Source of the DNA: Octopus vulgaris
Lineage: Eukaryota
Reading direction: 5' to 3'
DNA: 64,000 nt
Assembly: GCA_951406725.2 (NCBI GenBank)
Contig: OX597831.1
Location: 81,840,001-81,904,000, forward strand
Shown here: piece after piece, positions 40,150 through 52,843 of the stretch
Layout: every line of letters starts with the position of its first letter
How positions within the stretch are numbered: the stretch's first letter is position 1
The notes under the pieces: generated by a model
The model's database searches: none
Seen by the model: the letters and a program-made list of their open reading frames with translations, nothing else
What the model was told of the DNA's origin: nothing
Made by a program: the position numbers and the translations under genes

Positions 40150-40490
40150 AAGGAGAAGGAGAAGGTATTGCTGTATACATTGTGAGAAATGTCATTGAAA
40201 GACCAATGAAAGAATAAGAAAGCCTGGAATTATTAAAATTTCAAACAATATAAATCTGGAGAGAAAGGATTTAGGAAAGATAAAAAACATAGATTGGCAG
40301 CCAAAAATAGGAAACAAAACAGGAGAGTGTGAAAAGATGAGGGAGGAGTATAACAGGGTTGTCTGCTGTCACCAGATCTGTTTTCATTATACAATGGAAT
40401 GACCATGTGGGCTCTTGAACACCTACAAGGTGTAGGGATAGGAAGACAAGACATCAACAATATTTGTTATGTAAATGACATAACAACAAC
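40150..40490 (+). mobile_element. Degenerate RTE-type reverse transcriptase fragment
   Basis: GV*QGCLLSPDLFSLY...GVGIGRQDINNICYVNDI, a decayed GVRQGC.LSP and NNIRYADD. Confidence 0.65.
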
Positions 40491-40697
40491 AGAGAAAAAT
40501 TATTATTGCTTATGTATATCATCATCATCATCATCATCATCATTTAACGTCCGTTTTCCATGCTAGCATGGGTTGGATGGTTTGACCGATGTATATATAT
40601 ATATATATGTGTGTGTTTAATAAAATGAAGTAGCATGAAACGATTGTACTACACTACCTTAGATATCCTTGTGGCTTATTTTGAGTATATATATATA

Positions 40698-40749
<52 letters not shown>

Positions 40750-40753
<4 letters not shown>

Positions 40754-41098
40754 TCAACAATAATATTAAGGAATGGCCTTAATAGGCCATTCAACTCACT
40801 AAAACGAGCAGCCAAACTCAAACCGCTAAATAGTAGTAATTCAGAAATCAAAGGAAAATTAAAAACATTTACCACTGGCCCGTGGTAAATTGACTTGATT
40901 AAATTTAATTTAATTTAATTAGGCTGGTTTACCAAAAAGTACGTCAAAACTATGCATAGTCCAAAGATGATTAGGGTTAATGTTTTTAATTTTCCTTTGA
41001 TTTCTGAATTACTACTATTTAACGGTTTGAGTTTAGCTGCTCGTTTTAGTGAGTTGAATGGCCTATTAAGGCCATTCCTTAATATTATTGTTGAATGT
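40750..41098. repeat. 120-bp inverted repeat (2 mismatches)
   Basis: 40750-40869 versus 40979-41098. Confidence 0.92.
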
Positions 41099-41191
41099 AC
41101 ATTGTATAGTTTGTTGGCTGTTTTTTCTTTCTCACTAGACCGCTGGTGGCGAAACAATTTCTATTGAATTTTTTGCTACCCTTATATTATA

Positions 41192-41218
<27 letters not shown>

Positions 41219-41226
<8 letters not shown>

Positions 41227-41626
41227 ATATTTCGGAATGGTCATTTTGCCAGTTTAGCCAATAAAAACACATGCACTATATATTTGGTGTTATTTTGCTT
41301 CAGTGTTATTTATTTTTTATATTAATCTTAATCTTATTTTGGCCAGAGTTCTTTTGTCACACTCCTGTGACCGCATCAGTGGTCTTTTGTTTTCTTCTTT
41401 CTTATTTGTGTCTCTGACGGTTAGTAAGGAGAGACACAAATAAGAAAGAAGAAAACAAAGGACCACTGATGCGGTAACAGGAGTGTGACAAAAGAACTCT
41501 GGCCGAAATAAGAAAAAGATTAATGTAAAAAATAAATAACACTGAAGCAAAATAACACCAAATATATAGTGCATGTGTTTTTATTGGCTAAACTGGCAAT
41601 ATGACCATTCCGAAATATAACAATAT
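41219..41626. repeat. About 197-bp inverted repeat with a 14-nt spacer
   Basis: 41219-41415 versus 41430-41626, few mismatches. Confidence 0.92.
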
Positions 41627-43178
41627 CTGTTTCAACACACGACTTCACGTAAAAAATCTTGCACAACAAATATTTAAACCAACCCCCTTGCTTGCGAAGA
41701 CATGTTGGGCAAGCGAAATCGAAATCGAATTGAACCAGCCAGGATCCCTGGTCTGGTGGTACGTAAAAAGCACCATCCGACTCGTAGCCGATGCCAGCAC
41801 CGCCTCGTCTGGCTTCTGTGCCGGTGGCACATAAAATACACCAATCCGACCGTGGCCGTTGCCAGCCTCGCCTGGCACCTGTGCAGGTGGCACGTAAAAA
41901 GCACCCACTACACTCACGGAGTGGTTGGCGTTAGGAAGGGCATCCAGCTGTAGAAACACTGCCAGATAAGACTGGAGCCTGGTGCAGCCTTCTGGCTTCC
42001 CAGATCCCCGGTCGAACCGTCCAACCCATGCTAGCATGGAGAACGGACGTTAAACGACGATGATGATGATGATGATGATATATATATATATATATATATA
42101 TAGTATTCCCTGGGTGTACAGTCAACTGTATGAAACCTATTGGTGTGTTGAGAGCACCATGTAGAGTATCGTTGTTATCCTTACGTTTCACCATTTTGGT
42201 TATTTACATCCTCTGCAGTGCAATCCGATGCTGAACTGCAGCAGTTCACCAGGGGAACACTTGAAGCATTATGTTTACAGATATAAACTGCTTTATTTGG
42301 TCAGCATCCAATTACTCTTGGAACACCCACTGCAATGAGATGCAAATAACGACAATGGCGAAAAACATACTTAGGGAACAACTTTTATAAACTGCATCTT
42401 GTGTGTATCATACATTCTCATACATATGTATGCGTGAGTGTATGTATGTGCTTCTGCACTACATATATATATTTATATCTTTCTAACTCTCCCCTTCTCT
42501 CTCTTCTTTCTCTCTCTCTCTTCTCCCTCTCTCTCTCATCTCCTTCTCTCTCTCTCCACCTTTCTCTGTGCGCACGCAGGAGTGCACGCTCACACACACA
42601 ACATGCACATGTTACAAGGCTATAACATGATGTATGTATTTAAATCGGACTAAAAAGAAAACGAGGAGACACGTGGTATGGAGAGTTGCTGAAGAGGTCA
42701 CAGGAGGTGTGACGAAAGATTTTTGACAACGGACACTAAAATAAGAACAATAAAGAAGGAGGAGGCAGGGGGAGGGGAAGGAGGTGAAGGAGGAGGAGGC
42801 GGTGGAGAAGAAGAAGAAGAAGAAGAAGAAGAAGAAGAAGAAGAACGAACGAACGAACGAACGAATGTATAGTGCGTGTCTTTGGCAAAAATTAAAAAAA
42901 AATAACCGTCCCAAAATATAACAATATATATTTAAATACTTTAATATTTATTCAAACGAAGCCCATACCTTCTGTCAGCGGATTTATTTAGTCATTTATT
43001 TATTGAAGCCGTCAGCGCGGTTCTGATGTCTTTGACTTAGAAATAAGGCATTGAACTGGTTGTTGCAAACTTCACCTCGTTTTGCCTATTGTGTTGTGGG
43101 ACAATGAATGACAAGAATGTTTTCTCACTGCTGACTACAAGGTCACCACAACAGCAACAGCAACAGTAGCATTTGTTT

Positions 43179-43220
<42 letters not shown>

Positions 43221-43607
43221 ACCACATACGAAAAACCCAAAGAAACTAATTTTCTACAAAGGTAATAATGAGGTAAAGATAATTATTAAAAACTTTTTCC
43301 CAATAAACAAGTGGATATACACACCTTTGAGTATGCGTGTGTATGTGTGTGTGTGTGCGTGCGTGTGTGTGAGCGTGTGTATGTGTATGTGTGCGTGCGT
43401 GTGTGTGAGCGTGTGTATGTGTGTGTGTGTGTATGCGTGTGTATGTGTGTGTGTGTGCGTGCGTGTGTGTGAGCGTGTGTGTGTGTATGTGTGTGTGTGT
43501 GATTCCACGACGCTAAAGTAAGCCAAAGCCCGACAGTGAAATTAGTTTTAATCGTGTCTGTGGATACATTAATAGCAAATGGAATACGTATGTGACATAG
43601 CTACACA

Positions 43608-43683
<76 letters not shown>

Positions 43684-43800
43684 CCACATTTTATGCGCAT
43701 GTATGAATGTATGTGTGCATGCACATTGGTGTGAGTGTGTGAGCATGTATGCACGTAATTCCCACAGCTACCACCAGTCACTAAAGTGACGAAGAAAGGG

Positions 43801-43835
<35 letters not shown>

Positions 43836-44128
43836 GGGGTCCAATACTACCTGTCTGTAGGTGTTTCAAAAATACACAGCGATCACAAAACAACGACGGA
43901 TCTATGTACAAAGCATTCGTGACACACCTTAATTACCACTCGGTCGACCTCGACGCACAAAAGGACAGCAGCGAACGACTACTGTATGACTACACATGCT
44001 CTCGTTTTGCCAAACTTTTTGGAGGGGGCTTCAAGACGGAGGCAGTCCTCTCTCTTCTGATAAACACGGATTAATAATATATACACGCATTTATTATCTC
44101 TGCAGACGTAGTCTCGCTATCTGGGGTC

Positions 44129-44414
44129 ATGACCAACTCCGAAGAAAGCCGAGAACATTTACAGGAAGATTTGGTGTCCGGTGATCTCGGCCTGGGGCTT
44201 GGCTTGAAACCAGGCGGGTTCAAACCAAACGCCAGTAGAACCGCTTGTTCTGCCTTGGGTACGAACAGTTGTTGTAGTTATGAGCAACCAGTTGCAACCA
44301 TGCAGAACTATTCGAATCGAAGCCCACCGTTTGTCCAGACTCACACCTGTTCTTTAAATCAAGACAATCCTCCGCAGTGTAGTGTCTGTAGTAGGTATAT
44401 GACAAGTCAGCAAG
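44129..44414 (+). CDS. CCDC125: CCDC125-like first coding exon (MTNSEESREHLQEDLVSGDLGLGLGLKPGG...MTSQQ)
   Basis: ATG at 44129, donor G|gtaaga (phase 1). A possible acceptor tctctgcag ending at 44105 suggests an upstream non-coding exon. Confidence 0.82.
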
Positions 44415-44429
44415 GTAAGAACTAAAACG

Positions 44430-44486
<57 letters not shown>

Positions 44487-45026
44487 CCTCTCTCTCTCTC
44501 TCCTATATGTTGTTGTTATCATTATTATTATTTTTCCTTCTTTCTTCAAACTTTCTTCCGTTTCTCGCCGAGTGTTTTCCGTACACCTGGGGGAGAGAAG
44601 CTCATTGTATGCATTCCCAGATTACACGCAAATTCACAGGTAAAATATGTATTTAAAAAATTAATGAATAAATAAATTCGTGAATGGATGTTGTTTTCAC
44701 AGCGATAATACTCTTCTCAGAGCATTATTATTGTTATTATTATTATTATTATTTAAAATCGTCTGATTTGGTCCTATGCAACTTATAAGTTTCGTAAGCT
44801 CGTTACATGAATCCGAACCCGACCAGTTAGGCTCCAGTAATGAGCCAACGAAAGTTTAAGTTGCGTCGGACCGAATCCAACTGTTTCGAATATTAATACA
44901 GCTTAGTTAGAGGATTCATTCGAATCTCGGCAGATCAACAAGAAGGGCCCCAGGACTCTCTGTGTATCATAGCACCGACTTCACAGTAAGGTAAAACGAC
45001 TACTAAGTGTCATTTGCTGGTAGCAT

Positions 45027-45094
<68 letters not shown>

Positions 45095-45178
45095 AAGGTA
45101 CCAGTTCTAATGTAAACCATTAATCTGGCCCAGGGTGGCATAGGTATAAAAGACATGTAACATCTGCCTCTTTCATTT

Positions 45179-45225
<47 letters not shown>

Positions 45226-47127
45226 ATATATACATATATATATATAGTGAGTGGCGACCTAACGTGGGCTGTGCGGCCCACACAGGGCGCGACCACAACC
45301 CACGCTGCACTACTGTATTTAGTCCCAGAGTCAGACCATCTCTTGTTTCTGATTCTGACCGTGTACACCAAGGACTACATTATCTTATGTATTTTAACAT
45401 TTATAAACCGCGTGGTGTGATTTGAGGGTGATTCGCGCAGCTATTTCCAGCAGGTCAAGTTACTTCGTCAGTACAGTCTTTTTTGACGTTGTTATTGTCA
45501 TCGTTTTCGACTTTTAATTGTGTATTCCTTGTTATAGTATTTCCTTCTTTTTTCTTTGCCACTTCCCAAAGGGTTTCTGCGAGAATGTGTTTCTATAGAA
45601 GACCCACGCAGTGTCTTCCACCAAATTCTTGCAGCGAATGATATTGTTTTATCTTCAGCTACCGAACCCCCAAATGCAATTAGGAGAAAAGCTTGATAGA
45701 GATTAATTGGTGCTGGTGAATACAAAGACGCAGTATTCAGCTCTAAGAACGATGCAAACTAATATCTGTAGAAGTGGAAATTATTTCACAACCAAATGGA
45801 TTCTATTTGTGACGATGAAAGACCTTTTCCTTGGGTGGAAGGAAGGGGGGGGCGCAGTGTCACAGGTCACATGTCGATGGGTATAAACTGACAGGTTCAT
45901 CAGACACCAGCCACAAGAAACTCTCGGGATAGGCAGTAGGTGTCACTACTTGTAATACTCTTTATCATAATAAAAACCATATGGGAAAATATTTTGACAA
46001 CAAAAATCAAAACTTCCATATGTGTGCATGCATGTATGGATGGATGGATGTCTGTCTGTATGTATGTATGTATGTATGTATGTATGTATATATATGTATG
46101 TATGTATATATATGTATGTATGTATGTATGCATGCATGTATGTATGTATGTATGTATGTATGTATGTATGTATGTATGTATGTATGTATGTCAGGTCACT
46201 TTCGAGTGCTACTGGTAACATGTAACCCAGTACAACCTGTTGCATGGTCGGGTCGTTGGCGACTAAACCGGCAACCCCACCAAGCTTGCTTGGTGAGGAG
46301 GGTGTTTATTAGACACCCTGCGGGATGAAAAACGAAACCCGTCAAAGGGCGGAGGAACTCTTGAGAGTCAACGGCCATCCAATAAATGCCTTAAGGCTGT
46401 ATCATGCGCGAGGACATAGAAATGATCGGAGTGAATACCCGATCGCGCGGATAAACTATTGGGAGTGAAGGACTCCTAGCCTTTGTTAGGGCATCCTTCT
46501 ATGAGAAGGTAACTCAGGTAACTGGGATAACTCCGACATAAAACCCGCGGCTCAGTGGTTACCGATGATGTTGACTTGTTCTTCTTTTCGGATTATGGCT
46601 GCTGTTGCTTAGTGAGTGGGATTGACTCAGTGCACAGCCTTTCCTCACTTAAAAAAAATCTTCTTGCACAGGCATTGCACGAAAACAACATTGCATTGAT
46701 TAAGCTTCGTGCAATGGCCATACTCGATAACGAGGGAGCAGCCACCATGTATGTATGTACGTATGTATGTATGTATGTATGTATGTATGTATGTATGTAT
46801 GTATGTATGTATGTATGTATGTATGCATGTATCTATGGATGGATGGATGGATGTAAAGGAATACAAAAAAGGACAACAAAACATCCAGACAGATGATACA
46901 AGAAAGGACAAGAAAAAAGAAGGACGGATTATTCGGAGTTTTCTTTCCTCAGTCGAGTTCCAGATTATCTTTGCAATTTCGGCTGGTTATACTCGAGATT
47001 GCTCCAATCTGGCCAGCCCCAAAGAAAAACTAAGCTAAGAGCATTAGATTCTTTGGAAGAAAGCAGCGAATGTATACGAAAACAAGGACGGAAAAAACGG
47101 AGAAATGGTACACAAATACAAATGCAA

Positions 47128-47158
<31 letters not shown>

Positions 47159-48386
47159 TGTACGTACGTACGTATGTATGTACGTATGTATGTATGTATG
47201 TATGGATGGATGGATGGATGTGTACCTTGAGTTTACAGTTAGATGTAGGGCTGCTACTGTTGAGTTTGCAGCTCCGCATAGATAACCCTAATCCAGTCTG
47301 CTTCCTTTAGAGTAGTTTGGCTCCTGGTATACTCTGTAGTGATAATAAGATCTAGCATTTGGGGCGATTGCTCGACATTTAGCTGAGTGTCACTCATGTT
47401 AAGTGAGAGTGATTTCTTCCTAAAAATAATGCTTCAGTTTATTTTATTATATTCATTTATGTATATTTTTTGCAGTTTAAAGAATTTGCATGGCCCTACT
47501 GAAGGATGTTCTCTAGATATCAGTTCATGTAATTAAGAATGTGTGTGTGTGTGTTCATAGTGAAGCATAACAAATACACTACAGCAAGTGCTTAGTGGGG
47601 TCTGACACGGAAATTGTTGAATAAAAAAAAATGTGATTTTTGCCAAAGTAAAAACAAGAACAAGAACCTGACTGGTTCCTGTCCGGAGATCAGACATTAA
47701 AATCAAACTCTGACCAATTGTTAATCGTTAAAGGGAGCTGCGTTCAGTGATCCCTTCCGATCCAACGCATTTTATGGGCGGTGTCTGTGATCTTATTTGC
47801 TTCTAAAGTTTTGAGGGGGGTTTTTTTGGTTGTTTTTTTTTTTTCAGATTTCTTTATTGCGTATTAGGGTATTTGGTGGGGAAAAAAGGGGGCTTGAAAT
47901 CGGGGTCTACGAGGAAGGTGCAGCTTTAGGGCGTTTTTTTTTGTTTTCCCATTTTGTGTTTGTGTCTTCCTTTTGGTATTTTCGATGATAAGATCATCTT
48001 GGAGTTCGAGGCTGAAATGTGGGTGTGTCGACTAAGGTTGTCATTCTCATTTGGGGGTGGGGCGACCGTTAGGCAATCACTCGACCTGCTATACATAGCA
48101 GCCGAATCTTCTTCAAATTTTAACTTATGATCTTAAAAATGAATGAATATAATAGAGTGACCTTGAATATAATACTGCGGTTGGTCACGTTTGGATTGTA
48201 GATAGAACCATGTAGGTTAGTGACTGTGACGACATCATAGAAGTACTTACACTAGAGTACAATATGGATGACAGTATGGGGATACCTGCACTAGAGTACG
48301 ATATGTAGGCGGTTCCGTTGATTAACTAGAACAGTGATGTCAGAATTGACACAAAAATCCATCGGAAGCACACACACACACACACG

Positions 48387-48433
<47 letters not shown>

Positions 48434-50424
48434 GCACGCACGCACACACGCACACACGCACACAGACACACGAGTGTATGTGCGCGCGCCTGTGTAGAAA
48501 TATGTTGGACAAAGACAGTGAAATGTGTCACAGATGCCAATAGTCTAAAATCAACAGGGATGAATACACCTAAGTTATCTAAACTTAAACTTCAACGTAT
48601 TGTCACGTGCACCGATTGTATGGTCCTCCTCTTTGTAACCTTTGTAACGGGTAGTTTAAGTATTTTGGCCATCTTTCGGTACAAGTACCATAACTGCTAC
48701 GTGTGTGTTTGTTTACATTTGAAGAAGAAGATCGTCACTCTCCGTAAAGTTTTTTTTTTATATATGGGGGAGGTTAGGGTTAGGGTTGGTGGGGGGAGAA
48801 AAGGGTTTCTTTTTTTCTTCAGAAATGTAAACAAACCTACGTGGGTTTATAATTGGCAGTTATGGTACTTGTACCGTAAGATCGCCAAGTATTTGTAATA
48901 ACAGTTGTAACTTGGACTTTCATTTCACAAAGTTTCACAGACGTAAAAGAATGTCTGATCGTTCCGAAGTTGCGGTTCTGTGTGGTGAGGCAGACACTAG
49001 TCTTAAAGAAATTGGGTAATATGTAAAGTTTGTTCCTGTAAGTGAATTTGGATCAGCTAGTGGAACCGGACTGCTGCTAAATGTTTTAAAGGTTGTTAGA
49101 TATTGTTGAATGTTTATGAATTAAATCAGAAACTTCGAAGCCAGAATTGGTAGAAAAATGTCCAGTTTGTCCTCAGATATATAGATAAAGATATGTTGAC
49201 AGAGCTGGGCCCTATTGCAATGGGACGTTACCGAAATGTTTGTGCAAGATAGATAGAGAGAAGATAAGGAAAAGTTTAGATGAAAATAACTTGGTTCAAT
49301 CCTCCGTGCAACAAACAATGCCTTCTTTTATTCCTCGTCAGTCACCATTTCTCGCTTAATTACCATAATTTGGGGTTGAAAGAACAAATCGATTGTATTC
49401 TCATTCCATCCCATCCAGTATTTATGTTAGAATTCATTATCCAAGTGGGATGATGGCAGAATCCATGGAGTGGTGGACACATCACTTGTATTTAGATATG
49501 TCTCATTCCAAATTTTAGCTAAGACTGACTTTGCATTTTAACATTCTGGGGTAAAAAAAAAGAGAATTATGCCAGCAATGTACTAAGTCATTAGATTTCT
49601 TACCTAATCTTCTCCTAAGATTTTGTGGTTTTGTGATAAATCAGAAATTCTTGTAACATATTTCGTTTTTGGATTTGGTTTTCAAGATTCTTTATGTGAG
49701 TTAGTGTGTTGAAGTGTATTCTGTTGTGTCTGGGGAGAGTCATTTTCTTTTTGTGCCTTATAATTAAACACACTCACCAGTAAAATTTATAACATAAATA
49801 AACATATTATAAAGTTGAAATACCATATTACAAGTTGTCATAAATAGGGTTAAAAGAAAAGATTATTAAGAGCAATAATAACATCGTTGTTGTTGTTGTT
49901 ATTGTTGTCATTTATATTCCTCAGTAACCGTAACTCAACCCCACATGGAACACATCAAGTCCAGAGACAGCACAACCCAACCAGTTACATATCATGAAAG
50001 CTTAGATGCTCCGAGACCAGCTTCATTTCAACATCCCAAATATCGGTTCCAGGAAACATTAGCTCATCTATTACAAGGTCATGACTTCTTGTTGCCAGGG
50101 ACAACTCAGCCGGTGAATCAAGAACCAAGCAACTGTGAGTGACATCCGGTTCTTTTATGGAATTCAATAAGTTATTATTGTTGTTGTTAGTTTTTTGCCC
50201 CAGGTCAGTCAGCCCTGACCTAGCAGACCTATTTTATTGCTTAATCCTGGATCGCTTCTGATCAGGAAGTCATGTAATTAGTGGTGATGCATCCATGACC
50301 ATCTCTTCTGTCTGTGTATCAATGACTACAATGTTGAATGTGTCGTTTTTTTAAAGATGGTTATGTATAATTTGAAGGTTTATTTGGCAGCAGTTAAAGG
50401 TGTAGAAATTCTCAAGATTGACAG

Positions 50425-50460
<36 letters not shown>

Positions 50461-52812
50461 TATCATCATCACCACCACCATCATCATCATCATCATCATC
50501 ATCATTATTATTATTACTTTTCATATTCATTCAACAGATTAGACTATTGGAAAAGAAAACAATCCTAACATCAGGCTACGAGTAACCTTAGATGCCAAGA
50601 ACCTTCCTAAGTATCCTAGCTGCTCCTAATAACACTGTTTTCTGAAGCTGTACTAAACTGGGCTCTATTCCTTTTTTCCTCTCTCCATCTGTTCAGATCT
50701 TTAGGCTTAGTTCCCAATGCACCTATAACTACTGGGATACATTTTACCTGCACTTTCCATAGTCTCTATAATGCAATATCTAGGTCCTGGTACTTTGCCA
50801 TTTTTTCTATACTTCTCACTTTGACTTTCTCGTCATTTGCGATTGTAAAGTTAATTATCTGGCACTTTCTGTTCTCTTTATTATTACTGACTGAGAAAGC
50901 GGAGCATGCCATCAAAGTGACACTAGGGTACAAATATACGAAGCCCAGTTTACCCATCATGACTACCCGTCTGATAAGTGTACACCAGGCACATGCATCA
51001 CAACCATATGTGTACGACATGAAGACCACATATCAAGATAAACAGTGCATGACCTTGCAGGTGGGACCCAGTTAGAATTTTCTTCAGGTTGAGTGGCTCA
51101 TCCTGCTCAAAGGGTCCCTGAATAAGGGTCGTTTAAGGATGTTGAATGAAGCACTCATGTTTGAAAATCCAAAGAATCCCTCTCAACAATTGTCTATGAT
51201 GCTCCCCCACTACTTCTTCTCATGATCAGAGATGCACATATCGTCAGCTCCTAAGGGACATGCTCAACTGGTTAAGATCAAGCAACTGACCAGCAAATCT
51301 GTGGTATTGAGCAGAATATTTTCTGTAGCCCATCTTTTTTACCAAGACAAAACAATGTACATGATAACACTTCCTATCAGTTAAGATCAGAACCTACGAC
51401 AGCCACTGCCCGGTACTGCATCAGGGCACCATGAGAGCCACTGCCTGCTACTGCATCAGGGCATTATTATTATCATTATCAATTATTACCTTTGCACAGC
51501 TTCTAATGCTGGAGGTGTACTCTGGTGTCAACTGTTCACTACCAGTGAACTAAGGTACCCCCCCCCCACCTTATTTTTCAACCACCGTCCAGTGTATTTG
51601 AGTGATTCCAAGCAGTGTTGTTTTCTGCAAGTGCTCCACCCTTATTGCAGCCCCTCACTGTTTCCATGGCTTTGACAATTATTGGTACTACTGATACCGT
51701 TTTCATTGACTACAATTATTATTATTATTATTATTACTATCATCATCATCATCATCATCATCATCATTATCATCATCATTATTATTATTATTATTATTAT
51801 TAAGGTGGTGAGCTGGCAGAATTGTTAGCTAGCAGGACAAACTGCTTTAGTAGCATTTCATCTGTCTTTAGATTGAGAGTTCAAATCACACCAAGGTTGA
51901 CTTTACCTTTCATCCTTTTGGGGTTGATGAAATACGTACCTGTGAAACACTGGGGTCAATGTAATTGACTTATCCCCTCCCACAAAGTTTCAGGCCTTCT
52001 GCCTATAGTAGAAAGGATTATCATTATCATAACCCCACATTCTATTTGTCTTTTGCTACCCACATTGTTTTTCTAAATGTAAACCCTTTCTGGTTAATAA
52101 AGGAATAATTTTCATTGCTCTAGTAAGAATGTTTATTATAAATTCACATCAGCCAATACCAGTACATCACTCATCACTCATCACATCAACCACCCCTCAA
52201 TACCACTATTTATTCATCAATCACTCATTTCCAAATCATCAATCACTCTCTCTTAAATCATCATTTACCCTTCTCCCAGTGAATTTATTATTCCTTAGCA
52301 CTGGCGCCTACACAACAACCACTTACTCCAAACTCATCAATCATTCCCTCCTAAGTCATCAATCACCCTTTCACAACACATAAATCACAGGAATTACAAT
52401 ATTTTCATTGTCTCTCTCTCTCCCTCTCCCCTCTCTCTCTCCAGCTCATGTAAAAAAGTTCCGTTTCAAACCGAATCAAGAGAAAAACTATGAGAAAAAA
52501 TTGATATTCATGATTCAGGTAATTATGACTCCCTTAAATTCCATTTGTCACTGTCCCCGATTAAACAGTCTGGGGCTTGTGACCTCATCCCTGTTGAGGC
52601 TGCATGCTTTTTTGTTTAATGAAATAAGACAAAAACAACAGATTTTGTAGTCAAGTAGTTTCATATGTTCTCTATAATGCAGACATACATACATACACAC
52701 ACATACACACACACATACACACACATGCGCACACACACATATACACATGTAACACATACATACACATACATACATGCACACACACATACATATGTATGTA
52801 TGTGTGTGTATG

Positions 52813-52843
<31 letters not shown>

